35,986 bases of DNA from contig PSLI01000020.1 of NCBI GenBank assembly GCA_040289515.1, positions 1 to 35,986 of the forward strand, read 5' to 3'. The stretch is from Candidatus Sysuimicrobiota bacterium (GTDB lineage: Bacteria; Sysuimicrobiota; Sysuimicrobiia; Sysuimicrobiales; Sysuimicrobiaceae). The notes under the pieces are model-generated. The model ran no database searches and was not told where the DNA came from. It worked only from the letters and a program-made list of their open reading frames with translations. A program made the position numbers and the translations under genes. This document shows, piece after piece, positions 10,480-19,527 of this stretch (position 1 is the stretch's first letter; every line of letters begins with the position of its first letter).

Positions 10480-11135
10480 ACGTGGTGTTCCTGGGGCCCC
10501 CGGGGGCGGGCAAGGGAACCCAGGCCCGCCGCCTGGCGGAGCGGTACGGGATCCCGCAGATCGCCACCGGCGACATCCTGCGGGAGGCCATGGCCTCGCG
10601 CTCCGAACTGGGCCGCAGGGCACAGGCATACTACGAACGGGGGGAGCTGGTCCCCGACGAGGTCATGCTGGAGGTGGTGGCCGAGCGGCTCCGGCAGCCA
10701 GACGCTCAGGAGGGCTTCGTGCTGGATGGGTTCCCCAGGACCCTTCCGCAGGCGGAGGGGCTGGACCGTATCCTGGAGGGTATGGGCCGTAGGGTGGAGG
10801 CGGTGCTGCTGTTCGAAGTTCCCCGGCAGGCGCTCCTCCGCCGCCTGGCGGGCCGGTGGGTGTGCCCTCATGGCCACGTGTACCACGAGATGTACAACCC
10901 GCCTCGGGCCCCCGGACGGTGCGACCAGGACGGCAGCGAGCTTTTCCAGCGGGAGGACGACCGCCCGCAGACCGTGGAGCGCCGGCTGGAGGTGTACGTG
11001 CGCCAGACGGAGCCCGTGGTGGAATACTACCGGGCGCGGGGCGTGTTGCACAGCGTGGACGCCTCCGAGGATGTGGAGGAAGTGAGCCGGTGTGTGGAAG
11101 TGGTACTGCGGCAGGCAGGGGTGCTGAAGCCGTGA
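10476..11135 (+). CDS. adk: Adenylate kinase (long LID)
   Basis: P-loop GPPGAGKGTQA, TGDILR, GFVLDGFPRT, QREDD; GTG overlaps secY stop. Confidence 0.98.
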   Translation: MNVVFLGPPGAGKGTQARRLAERYGIPQIATGDILREAMASRSELGRRAQAYYERGELVPDEVMLEVVAERLRQPDAQEGFVLDGFPRTLPQAEGLDRILEGMGRRVEAVLLFEVPRQALLRRLAGRWVCPHGHVYHEMYNPPRAPGRCDQDGSELFQREDDRPQTVERRLEVYVRQTEPVVEYYRARGVLHSVDASEDVEEVSRCVEVVLRQAGVLKP

Positions 11136-11911
11136 CGGTTTCCGGGGTGTTGGTCAAGAGCTCCCGGGAGCTGGAGCGCATGCGGCGCGCGGGCCGGGTG
11201 GCGGCCCGCGCGTTGCGGGAGGTGGGCCGCGCGGTGCGGCCCGGCACCACCACCCTGGCTTTGGATCGGGTGGCCGACCGGGTCATCCGATCCCTCGGTG
11301 GGGTACCGTCGTTCCTGGGATACCGCGGGTTCCCGGCCAGCGCCTGCATCTCCGTGAACGATGAGATCGTCCACGGGATCCCTGGGCGGCGGGTGCTGCG
11401 GGAGGGGGACCTGGTGAAGGTGGACCTGGGTGCGCTGGTGGACGGCTATCACGGGGACGTGGCGGCCACCTTCCCCGTGGGCTCGATCTCCCCGCGGACC
11501 CGGCGCCTCCTGCGGGTCACCGAGGAGGCCCTGTTCCGGGGCATCGAGGCCGTCTGCCCCGGTGCCCGTCTGGGCGACGTGGGGTACGCGGTGCAGTCCT
11601 TCGTAGAGTCCCACGGCTTCTCCGTGGTCCGCCAGTTCGCGGGCCACGGGGTGGGCCGGTCCCTGCACGAGGACCCCCAGGTCCCCAACTTCGGCAAGCC
11701 GGGCAAGGGCATGGTGCTGCGGCCTGGCATGGTTCTGGCTGTGGAGCCCATGGTGAACGAGGGGACCTGGCGGGCGGTGGTGGACGGGGACGGGTGGACC
11801 GTACGCACCGCGGACGGCCAGCTCTCCGCCCACTTCGAGCACACCGTGGCAGTTACCGAGGACGGCTACGAGATCCTTACCCTGTTGGACGACGGGGAGA
11901 ATCCCTGGTAA
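11132..11911 (+). CDS. map: Methionine aminopeptidase type I
   Basis: [45 protein letters not shown]. Confidence 0.98.
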   Translation: MTVSGVLVKSSRELERMRRAGRVAARALREVGRAVRPGTTTLALDRVADRVIRSLGGVPSFLGYRGFPASACISVNDEIVHGIPGRRVLREGDLVKVDLGALVDGYHGDVAATFPVGSISPRTRRLLRVTEEALFRGIEAVCPGARLGDVGYAVQSFVESHGFSVVRQFAGHGVGRSLHEDPQVPNFGKPGKGMVLRPGMVLAVEPMVNEGTWRAVVDGDGWTVRTADGQLSAHFEHTVAVTEDGYEILTLLDDGENPW

Positions 11912-11942
11912 GATAAAGCTTTGCGCGACCGGGTTGGAGGGG

Positions 11943-12167
11943 ATGACCGCAAAGAAGGAAGAGGCGATCGAGGTGGAGGGCACCGTGGTGGAGGTGCTTC
12001 CCAACGGTATGTTCCGGGTGGAGCTGCCGAGCGGGCACCGGGTGCTGGCTCACATCTCGGGGAAGATGCGGATCCACTTCATCCGGATCTCCCCCGGGGA
12101 CCGGGTGAAGGTGGAGCTGTCGCCGTACGACCCCACCCGGGGCCGCATCACGTACCGCTACCGGTGA
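11943..12167 (+). CDS. infA: Translation initiation factor IF-1
   Basis: [42 protein letters not shown]. Confidence 0.99.
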   Translation: MTAKKEEAIEVEGTVVEVLPNGMFRVELPSGHRVLAHISGKMRIHFIRISPGDRVKVELSPYDPTRGRITYRYR

Positions 12168-12182
12168 GCGAGGGAGGCGACC

Positions 12183-12296
12183 ATGAAGGTACGGGCCTCG
12201 GTGCGCAGGATGTGCGAGAAGTGCAAGATCATCCGCCGGCACGGTCGGGTGCGGGTGATCTGTCAGAATCCCAAGCACAAGCAGAAGCAGGGCTAA
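12183..12296 (+). CDS. rpmJ: 50S ribosomal protein L36 (Zn-binding type); absent from the ORF track
   Basis: Hand translation [46 protein letters not shown]. Confidence 0.98.
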   Translation: MKVRASVRRMCEKCKIIRRHGRVRVICQNPKHKQKQG

Positions 12297-12309
12297 AGGG
12301 GAGGCGGAG

Positions 12310-12693
12310 ATGGCGCGGATCGCGGGCGTGGACCTACCCCGGGAGAAGCGGGTGGACGTGGCCCTGACCTACATCTACGGGATCGGCTGGTCGCGGTCCT
12401 ACGAGATCCTCCTGCGGGCCGGCGTGAAGCCCGACACACGGGTGCGGGACCTCACGGAGGACGAGGTGGCGCGCCTGCGGGAGGTGGTGGAGCGGCACTA
12501 CAAGGTGGAGGGGGACCTGCGGCGGGAGGTGGCCATGAACGTCCGCCGCCTGGTGGAGATCGGGTGCTACCGGGGGATCCGGCACAAGCGGGGCCTGCCG
12601 GTCCGTGGCCAGCGGACGCGGACCAACGCGCGTACCCGGAAGGGGCGGCGGAGGACGGTGGGGATCAAGAAGCGGGCCGCGGTCAAGAAGTGA
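12310..12693 (+). CDS. rpsM: 30S ribosomal protein S13
   Basis: [37 protein letters not shown]. Confidence 0.99.
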   Translation: MARIAGVDLPREKRVDVALTYIYGIGWSRSYEILLRAGVKPDTRVRDLTEDEVARLREVVERHYKVEGDLRREVAMNVRRLVEIGCYRGIRHKRGLPVRGQRTRTNARTRKGRRRTVGIKKRAAVKK

Positions 12694-12706
12694 GGAGGTC
12701 TTGAGG

Positions 12707-13093
12707 ATGGCCAAGAAGGGTCGCACGCGCCGGCGGGAGCGCAAGAACGTCCCCCTGGGGCACGCCCACATCCAGTCCACGTTCAACAACACCATCGTCA
12801 CCATCACCGACCCCCACGGCAACGTACTGGCGTGGGCCAGCGCGGGCACCCAGGGGTTCAAGGGATCCCGGAAGGGGACCCCCTTCGCCGCGGGGCTGGC
12901 GGCGGAGGCCGCGGCGAAGAAGGCCATGGAGCATGGGGTGCGGCAGGTGGAGGTGTACGTGAAGGGGCCCGGTCCGGGGCGGGAGGCCGCCATCCGGTCT
13001 TTGCAGGCCGCGGGCTTGGACATCAGCCTGATCAAGGACGTAACACCGGTGCCCCACAACGGGTGCCGGCCCCCCAAGCGTCGGCGGGTGTAG
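12707..13093 (+). CDS. rpsK: 30S ribosomal protein S11
   Basis: [46 protein letters not shown]. Confidence 0.99.
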   Translation: MAKKGRTRRRERKNVPLGHAHIQSTFNNTIVTITDPHGNVLAWASAGTQGFKGSRKGTPFAAGLAAEAAAKKAMEHGVRQVEVYVKGPGPGREAAIRSLQAAGLDISLIKDVTPVPHNGCRPPKRRRV

Positions 13094-13193
13094 CGGCGCG
13101 GGTGTGACGGACAGCGACGCCCCGCAGTCCGGCTGAGAGGCGGGGTCCCGGGCGGTAGGCCTGGGGGTTGGCCGGAACGGAGGAAGCGAGTTC
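13094..13193 (+). promoter_or_regulatory. Structured 100-nt spacer upstream of rpsD; candidate cis-regulatory leader
   Basis: Two adjacent hairpins: GCCCCGC(13119-25)/GCGGGGT(13140-46) and CCCGGGC(13147-53)/GCCTGGG(13159-65); longest spacer in the ribosomal cluster. Confidence 0.35.
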
Positions 13194-13817
13194 ATGGGAC
13201 GGTACCACGAAGCGGTGTGCCGGTTGTGCCGCCGCGAGGGGATGAAGCTGTACCTGAAAGGGGACAAATGCTACACCGACAAGTGCCCGGTCGTCAAGCG
13301 GCCGAAGCCGCCGGGCATGCACCCTCCCACGCGACGGAAGGCGTCGGAGTACGCCATCCGGCTGCGGGAGAAGCAGAAGCTGCGGCGGATCTATGGGGTC
13401 CACGAGGCGCAGTTCCGCCGGTACTTTCAGGAGGCGGCCCGGTTTAAGGGCGTCACGGGGACCCGCCTGCTGCAGCTGCTGGAGTCGCGCCTGGACAATG
13501 TGGTGTACCGTCTGGGACTGGCCTCCTCCCGGAAGGAGGCGCGTCAGTTGGTGGCCCACGGGCACGTGGCGGTGGACGGGCGCAAGGTCACCATTCCCTC
13601 GTACCTGGTACGCCCGGGGCAGGTAGTGGGGCTGACGGACCGGGGTCGGCGGAACCCGCGGATCCGGTCCCTGGTGGAATCCCGGGCTCACCAGCCGCCG
13701 CCGTGGTTGGAGTTCGACCCGCAGCGGCTGGAGGGCCGGGTGCTCAGCCTTCCCACCCGCGAGGTCATCGACGTACCCGTGCAGGAACAGCGGGTGGTGG
13801 AGTTCTACTCGAGGTAA
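13194..13817 (+). CDS. rpsD: 30S ribosomal protein S4 (Zn-binding type)
   Basis: [53 protein letters not shown]. Confidence 0.99.
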   Translation: MGRYHEAVCRLCRREGMKLYLKGDKCYTDKCPVVKRPKPPGMHPPTRRKASEYAIRLREKQKLRRIYGVHEAQFRRYFQEAARFKGVTGTRLLQLLESRLDNVVYRLGLASSRKEARQLVAHGHVAVDGRKVTIPSYLVRPGQVVGLTDRGRRNPRIRSLVESRAHQPPPWLEFDPQRLEGRVLSLPTREVIDVPVQEQRVVEFYSR

Positions 13818-13844
13818 AACCGGCGGGTTGCCGGGGAGGACGAC

Positions 13845-14795
13845 ATGAGCATCTTCAGTCTGTGGGAGCTCAGCAAGCCGAAGGTGGAGTACGCGGAGCT
13901 GTCTGACACCTACGCCCGGGTGGTGGTGGAGCCCCTGGAGCGAGGCTTCGGAGTCACCGTGGGCAACGCCCTGCGCCGGGTGTTGCTGTCCTCCATCACC
14001 GGGGCGGCGGTCACCTCCGTGAAGATCGACGGGGTGCTGCACGAATTCAGCACCATCCCCGGGGTGGTGGAGGACGTCACCCAGATCCTCCTGAACCTGA
14101 AAGAGCTCACGGTGCGGCTGCACACGGACAAGCCGAAGCTCCTGCGCCTGGAGGCGAAGGGGAAGCGGGAGGTCACCGCCGCGGACTTCCAACCCGACCC
14201 GGAGGTGGAGATCCTCACCCCGGGTCTGTTGATCGCTACCCTGGATCGCAAGGACGCGCGCCTGGCCATGGAGGTGGTGGTGGAGCGCGGGAAGGGGTAC
14301 GTGCCTGCGGAGAGGCACCGCAGAAGCGAGCATGTGATCGGGGTCATCCCCGTGGACTCCATCTTCTCCCCCGTGCAGAAGGTGAACTACACGGTGGAGG
14401 ACACCCGGGTGGGCTCGGGGGCCGAGCTGGAGCGGCTTGTGCTGGAGGTGTGGACCAACGGGGTGGTGCGGCCGGACGAGGCCATCGCGGAGGCCAGCCG
14501 GCTGCTGATGGACCACTTCCGCCTGGTGGGCGGCATCACCGAGGGGGAGGCGCCCTCCGCGGGTCCCACGGATCCGCAGCTGGCGCGCCTGCTGCAGACC
14601 CCCATCGAGGAACTGGAACTGTCCGTGCGGCCGTACAACTGCCTGAAGCGGGCGGGCATCCACACCCTCGGCGACCTGGTGCAGCGGACGGAGGAGGAGA
14701 TCGCCAACATCAAGAACTTCGGCCGCAAGTCCCTGGAGGAGGTGACGGAGAAGCTGGCGGCGTTGGGCCTTTCTTTGCGGAAGGCCAGCGCCTGA
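13845..14795 (+). CDS. rpoA: RNA polymerase subunit alpha
   Basis: [61 protein letters not shown]. Confidence 0.99.
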   Translation: MSIFSLWELSKPKVEYAELSDTYARVVVEPLERGFGVTVGNALRRVLLSSITGAAVTSVKIDGVLHEFSTIPGVVEDVTQILLNLKELTVRLHTDKPKLLRLEAKGKREVTAADFQPDPEVEILTPGLLIATLDRKDARLAMEVVVERGKGYVPAERHRRSEHVIGVIPVDSIFSPVQKVNYTVEDTRVGSGAELERLVLEVWTNGVVRPDEAIAEASRLLMDHFRLVGGITEGEAPSAGPTDPQLARLLQTPIEELELSVRPYNCLKRAGIHTLGDLVQRTEEEIANIKNFGRKSLEEVTEKLAALGLSLRKASA

Positions 14796-14820
14796 TCCGC
14801 CTGCGAGAGGGGAACCAGCC

Positions 14821-15177
14821 ATGGGAACCGGGGTCAAGACGCGGAAGCTGGGACGGGATACGGGCGAGCGCCGGGCCCTCTTCCGGGATCTGGTGACGGC
14901 TCTCATCCGGTATGAGCGCATCCGCACCACGGAGGCTAAGGCCAAGGAGGCCAAGAAGGTGGCCGACAAACTCATCGCCCTGGCCCAGGAGGGGACCCTG
15001 CACGCGCGCCGGCAGGCGGCGCGGCTTGTGCAGGACAAAGAAGCGCTGCGCAAGTTGTTCCACACCATCGCACCCCGCTACGCCCGGAGCCGGGGCGGGT
15101 ATACACGGATCGTGAAGGACGCTCCGCGGCGTGGGGACGCGGCCCCCATGGCATACCTGGAGCTGCTGAAGGACTGA
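14821..15177 (+). CDS. rplQ: 50S ribosomal protein L17
   Basis: RKLGR....[32 protein letters not shown]. Confidence 0.98.
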   Translation: MGTGVKTRKLGRDTGERRALFRDLVTALIRYERIRTTEAKAKEAKKVADKLIALAQEGTLHARRQAARLVQDKEALRKLFHTIAPRYARSRGGYTRIVKDAPRRGDAAPMAYLELLKD

Positions 15178-15202
15178 CGCGGAGGCGCGATCCGGGGAAG
15201 GT

Positions 15203-16063
15203 GTGTCGGAACCCGTTCCCCTCATCGAGGTTTCCCACCTCACCCACGTGTACCACTTGGGGACCCCCCAGGAGGTGCGGGCGGTCCAGGATGTCTGCCT
15301 CACGATCCACCCCGGGGAGTTCCTGGCCCTGGTGGGCGGCAACGGGTCCGGCAAATCGACCCTTGCCAAGCACCTCAACGCTCTCCTGTTGCCCACGGAG
15401 GGATCCGTGCGGGTAGCCGGGATGGACACCCGGGATCCCCAAGCCCTGTGGGAGATCCGGCGCCGGGTGGGGATGGTCTTCCAGAACCCCGACAACCAGA
15501 TCGTGGCCACGGTGGTGGAGGAGGACGTGGCCTTCGGCCCTGAGAACCTGGGGCTAGATCCGGAGGAGATCGCCCAGCGGGTGGAGGAGGCCCTGCGGGC
15601 GGTGGGCATGCTGGAGCACCGCCGGCGTGAGCCCCACCTGCTGTCCGGCGGGCAGAAGCAGCGGGTGGCCATCGCGGGTGTCCTGGCCATGCGGCCCCAG
15701 TGCTTGGTGCTGGACGAGGCCACCACCATGCTGGACCCCGAGGGCCGTCGGGAGGTGCTGGAGACGGTGCACCGGCTGCGGGAGCGGGAGCGCATCGCGG
15801 TGGTGCACATCACCCACAACATGGAGGAGGCCTGCCTGGCAGACCGCGTGGTGGTTCTCCACCAGGGCCGCATCGCCCTGGAAGGCAGCCCTCGGGAGGT
15901 GTTCCGGGACGTCCGCCGGCTGCGCAGCCTGCGGCTGGACCTGCCCGAGGTGGCGGAGCTCAGCGCGTGCCTGAGACAGAGAGGCGTGCCCGTCGCGGGC
16001 CAGCCCCTGCACCCGGAGGAGCTGGCCACGCAGCTGCTGCGGTGGTGCGGGGTGCTGGCGTGA
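15203..16063 (+). CDS. ecfA1: ECF transporter ATPase A1
   Basis: Walker A GGNGSGKST, VFQNPDNQIVAT.VEEDVAFGPEN, LSGGQKQR, LDEAT.MLDP. Confidence 0.95.
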   Translation: MSEPVPLIEVSHLTHVYHLGTPQEVRAVQDVCLTIHPGEFLALVGGNGSGKSTLAKHLNALLLPTEGSVRVAGMDTRDPQALWEIRRRVGMVFQNPDNQIVATVVEEDVAFGPENLGLDPEEIAQRVEEALRAVGMLEHRRREPHLLSGGQKQRVAIAGVLAMRPQCLVLDEATTMLDPEGRREVLETVHRLRERERIAVVHITHNMEEACLADRVVVLHQGRIALEGSPREVFRDVRRLRSLRLDLPEVAELSACLRQRGVPVAGQPLHPEELATQLLRWCGVLA

Positions 16064-16944
16064 GCGAGCCCGTGGTGATGTGCGAGGGTCTGGTCCACGT
16101 GTACCTCCGGGGCACGCCCTTCGAGAGCGTGGCCCTGAGGGGCGTGGACCTGGTGATCCGACGCGGGGAGTGCCTGGGTTTGGTGGGCCCCACGGGCTCC
16201 GGAAAATCCACCCTGGTGCAGCACTTCAACGGGCTGCTACGCCCCACGGAGGGCCGGGTGCGGGTGGGCGGGGTGGAGGTGCGGCCGGGCAGCAACCTGC
16301 GGGATGTGCGGCGCAAGGTGGGGTTGCTGTTCCAGTACCCGGAGCACCAGCTGTTCGAGGCCACGGTGTTTGACGACGTGGCCTTCGGACCCCGCAACCT
16401 AGGGCTCGCTCCGGACGAGGTGCGCGCGCGGGTGCGGGAGTCCCTCCAGTGGGTGGGCCTGGACCCAGATCGGTTCGGGCCCCGCTCCCCGTTTTCCCTC
16501 TCGGGCGGCGAGATGCGGCGGGTGGCCATCGCGGGCGTCCTGGCCATGCGGCCCGAGGTGCTGGTGCTGGACGAGCCCACCGCGGGCCTGGACCCGGAAG
16601 GTCGGAGGGAGCTCCTGGGCCGCGTCCGGGACCTGCACCGGAGAGCCGGCCTCACCGTGGTGCTCATCTCGCACCGCATGGACGACGTGGCGCGCCTGTG
16701 CCAGCGGGTGGTGGTGTTGCACCAGGGCCGGGTGTTTCTGGACGCACCCGTGCGGGAGGCCTTCGCGCAGGCGGATGAGCTGCGCAGCATCGGGTTGGAT
16801 GTTCCCCGGGCCACGGACGTGCTGCTGCGGCTGCGGGCCGCGGGCCTGCCCGTACGGTGCGACCGCCTCACGGTGGAGGAGGCGTGCGAGGAGATCGCGC
16901 GGGTGATACGAGGGAACCGGTCGTGGAGCTCCTCCGGAGCCTGA
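16060..16944 (+). CDS. ecfA2: ECF transporter ATPase A2
   Basis: Y.RGTPFE..AL, GPTGSGKST, FQYPEHQLFE, SPFSLSGGEMRRVAIAG, LDEPTAGLDP. Confidence 0.95.
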   Translation: MSEPVVMCEGLVHVYLRGTPFESVALRGVDLVIRRGECLGLVGPTGSGKSTLVQHFNGLLRPTEGRVRVGGVEVRPGSNLRDVRRKVGLLFQYPEHQLFEATVFDDVAFGPRNLGLAPDEVRARVRESLQWVGLDPDRFGPRSPFSLSGGEMRRVAIAGVLAMRPEVLVLDEPTAGLDPEGRRELLGRVRDLHRRAGLTVVLISHRMDDVARLCQRVVVLHQGRVFLDAPVREAFAQADELRSIGLDVPRATDVLLRLRAAGLPVRCDRLTVEEACEEIARVIRGNRSWSSSGA

Positions 16945-17735
16945 CCCTCGGCCAGTACGTCCCGCGGGCGTCCCCGGTGCACCGCCTGGACCCGCGGACG
17001 AAGATCCTAGCCACCACCGTGCTGATGGTGGTGGTGTTCCTGGTCAAGGACTTCCGGGGGCTTGGGTTGTTCGGTGCCTTCCTGGCCGCCGCAGTGGCCC
17101 TCTCCCAGGTGCCCGCGGGCTTCGTGCTGCGGGGCCTGCGGCCCATCTGGTTCCTGCTGCTGCTGACGCTGGTCCTGCAGGTGTTCTTCGGCGGTGGAGG
17201 GGGGAGCACCGTGCTGTGGCGTCTGGGGCCCTTCGTGGCCACCCGGGAAGGGCTGGTCCAGGGGCTGTTTGTCACCGCGCGCCTGGTGCTCTTGGTGGTT
17301 TCCACCTCCCTGCTGACCTTCACCACCTCGCCCGTGGAGCTTGCGGACGGGATGGAGCGCCTGCTGTGGCCGTTCCGTCGGCTGGGGGTACCCGCCCACG
17401 AGCTGGCCATGATGATGACCATCGCCCTGCGCTTCATCCCGACCCTGGTGGAGGAGACGGAGAAGATCATGAAGGCCCAGATGGCGCGGGGGGCGGAGCT
17501 GGACACGGGCGGCCCCCTGCGTCGGGCGCGGGCCCTGGTTCCCATTCTGGTGCCGCTGTTCGTGAGCGCCTTCCGAAGGGCGGAGGAGCTGGCGGTGGCC
17601 ATGGAGGCTCGCGGTTACCGGGGCGGGGAGGGCCGGACCCGTATGAAGCAGCTACGCTACCGCGCTCAAGATCTGTGGGCCGCTCTGGTGGTCCTGGGCA
17701 CGAACGCCCTGGTGCTCTGGTCCGGCCGCCTGTAA
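16923..17735 (+). CDS. ecfT: ECF transporter transmembrane T component
   Basis: GQY.P..S.VHRLDPRTK, IALRFIPTL.EE..KI.KAQ.ARG, AMEARGY. Confidence 0.95.
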   Translation: MELLRSLTLGQYVPRASPVHRLDPRTKILATTVLMVVVFLVKDFRGLGLFGAFLAAAVALSQVPAGFVLRGLRPIWFLLLLTLVLQVFFGGGGGSTVLWRLGPFVATREGLVQGLFVTARLVLLVVSTSLLTFTTSPVELADGMERLLWPFRRLGVPAHELAMMMTIALRFIPTLVEETEKIMKAQMARGAELDTGGPLRRARALVPILVPLFVSAFRRAEELAVAMEARGYRGGEGRTRMKQLRYRAQDLWAALVVLGTNALVLWSGRL

Positions 17736-17741
17736 CGGGCC

Positions 17742-18497
17742 GTGCGCAGGCTGAAGCTGGTGGTCTCGTACGTGGGCACACGGTACGCGGGCTGGCAGCG
17801 CCAGCCCAGGCGGCCTTCCGTCCAGGAGGAGCTGGAGGAAGCCCTCGCGCGCGTCACGGGCGAACGGGCGCGGGTGGTGGGCGCGGGCCGCACGGACGCG
17901 GGGGTGCACGCCCTGGCCCAGGTGGCGCACTGCCAAACGGGATGCGCGTTGCCGCTGGAACGGTTCGTGGCAGCCCTCAACTACCACCTTCCGGCGGACG
18001 TGGCCGTGCGGTGGGCCGAGGAGGTGCCGGAGAGCTTCCACGCACGGCGGGACGCGCGCTGGCGGGCCTACCGATACATCATCTGGAACCGGCCGGGCCG
18101 AAACCCGTTCCTGGCGGACCGGGCGCTCCTGTGGGAGGGGACCCTGGACCTGGAGGGCATGCAGCGCGCCGCGGACCTGCTGGTGGGGAAGCACGACTTC
18201 GCGGCCTTCTGTGCCGTGGGCAGCCACCCGCGCACCACCTGGTGCACCGTCCACCGATTCCGCGTGAGGCCCCGGGGCCCCTTCGTGCTGGTGGAAGTGG
18301 TGGCGGACCGCTTCCTGCGCCACATGGTCCGCATGCTGGTAGGAACCCTGCTGGAGGTGGGTTCGGGGAAACGGCAGGTCCAGGACGTGGTGGAGGTGCT
18401 GGCCTGCCGCGACAACCAGAGGGCCGGCCCCGTGGTGGCCCCCGGCGGGCTGTACCTGATGCGGGTGGGGTATACTGAGTGGCGCGCGGGCCCGTAG
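17742..18497 (+). CDS. truA: tRNA pseudouridine(38-40) synthase
   Basis: Y.GT.Y.GWQ.Q, GAGRTDAGVHA, FHAR, FLRHMVR..VG, GLYL..V.Y. Confidence 0.98.
   Translation: MRRLKLVVSYVGTRYAGWQRQPRRPSVQEELEEALARVTGERARVVGAGRTDAGVHALAQVAHCQTGCALPLERFVAALNYHLPADVAVRWAEEVPESFHARRDARWRAYRYIIWNRPGRNPFLADRALLWEGTLDLEGMQRAADLLVGKHDFAAFCAVGSHPRTTWCTVHRFRVRPRGPFVLVEVVADRFLRHMVRMLVGTLLEVGSGKRQVQDVVEVLACRDNQRAGPVVAPGGLYLMRVGYTEWRAGP
18471..18476 (+). promoter_or_regulatory. Putative sigma70 -10 element for the tRNA gene, embedded in the truA coding sequence
   Basis: TATACT ending 11 nt upstream of tRNA position 1 in an otherwise very GC-rich context; no convincing -35. Confidence 0.45.
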
Positions 18498-18564
18498 CTC
18501 AAGCGGTCAGAGCGGCTGGCTCATAACCAGCGGGTTCCTGGTTCGAGCCCAGGCGGGCCCACCA
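18488..18564 (+). tRNA. tRNA with CAT anticodon, most likely tRNA-Ile2 (lysidine); encoded CCA
   Basis: Full cloverleaf: acceptor GGGCCCG/CGGGCCC, D-arm GCTC/GAGC, anticodon arm GCTGG-CTCATAA-CCAGC, T-arm CCTGG-TTCGAGC-CCAGG, ACCA end. G1-C72 paired and no GGG/CCC anticodon stem (not initiator); C4-G69 and C5-G68 fit TilS substrates. Confidence 0.95.
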
Positions 18565-18587
18565 GGGTCCGCACGGGAGCTTCCGCG

Positions 18588-19012
18588 GTGGAACCGGCAC
18601 CCTTCAACCTGGAGCTGATCCGGACGCGGGCGGCGGACATCCGGCGCGAGGTGGCGTGGTCCGAGGACGCGTTTGTTTCCGACGCGGAGCTGGACACGGG
18701 CGGCGCGCTATGGCCTGATCGTGAGGGTGGAAGCGGCGGCAGCCATCTGCATGCACCTGTGCGCCCGGATGGGCGAGGCTCCCGACAGCTACCCCGGTTG
18801 CCTCGAGCGCTTGGCGGCCCTCGGCGTGTTGGAGGACGGACTGGCCGCGTCTGGCGGCCATGGCGCGGTTGCGAAACTTGCTGGTGCACGCCTACGGTCG
18901 CGTGGACGACCGGCGCGTGCACCAGGCCCCCCGGGAGGGGCTCGGCGACCTGGACGCGTTCTTGGCGGCGGTGTACGGCCGCCTGCAGGCCCAGGGAGCG
19001 GTTGGGTTGTGA
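18588..19012 (+). pseudogene. HEPN/DUF86 (HepT-like) RNase toxin with two frameshifts
   Basis: Three consecutive frames join to ...LELIRTRAADIRREV..SEDAFV / RAARYGLIV.VEAAAAIC.HL..PDSYPGC..LA.LGVL / RLAAMARLRNLLVHAYGRVDD..LGDLDAFL; Rx4H(xY) HEPN motif RNLLVHAY. Confidence 0.85.
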
Positions 19013-19473
19013 GCCACCCGGAAGCGTCCGGGCGCAGGAAACTTCCCGACGTGCAGCGGGAAACGCTGGCGGTGCGGGTGGCGGACTGTTTGCGACAAGA
19101 CCCGCGGATCCGCTTCGCCTACCTGTTGGGGTCCGCCGGGCGAGGGCAGCCGTTCCGCGACCTGGACGTGGCCGTTTCCCTCCACGGCCACCTCGGACCG
19201 GCCGAGGCCACGGACGTCCAGAGGGAGCTCGCGGGGAAGCTGGAGCGTGCGGTGGGCCTCCCGGTGGACGTGGTGATCCTCGACCGCGCACCCCTGGACC
19301 TGCGCCTGGAGGCCGTGCGCGGCCGACTCCTGTTCTCCCGGGACGAGCCCCTGCGCCTGGCGTTCGTGGCGTCCACTTGTCTTCAGGCCGCGGACTTCGC
19401 CCCGCTCGCACGGCAGTCCCTGCGGGACCTGCTGCTTTGGAGGAGATCCTCAGCGAAAGCCAGGAGGCGCTAA
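19009..19473 (+). CDS. Minimal nucleotidyltransferase (MntA-like antitoxin)
   Basis: FAYLLGS.GRG..FRDLDVAV and VDVVILDRAP..LR pol-beta motifs; GTG overlaps stop of the HEPN gene. Confidence 0.88.
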   Translation: MSHPEASGRRKLPDVQRETLAVRVADCLRQDPRIRFAYLLGSAGRGQPFRDLDVAVSLHGHLGPAEATDVQRELAGKLERAVGLPVDVVILDRAPLDLRLEAVRGRLLFSRDEPLRLAFVASTCLQAADFAPLARQSLRDLLLWRRSSAKARRR

Positions 19474-19527
19474 ACCCTGCGGGCTTGCGAAACGTCCTCA
19501 CCCACAAAGGGACCTCGGAGGGCAACG

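Noticed and set aside
226..17800. Many long antisense and alternate-frame ORFs (e.g. 2259-4313, 13032-15068, 14710-16224)
   Set aside because: Shadow ORFs of high-GC coding sequence overlapping unambiguous housekeeping genes; no recognisable motifs
18488..18564. tRNA-fMet or elongator tRNA-Met assignment
   Set aside because: The 1-72 pair is Watson-Crick and there are no three consecutive G-C pairs in the anticodon stem; the acceptor stem fits Ile2 better, although elongator Met is not fully excluded
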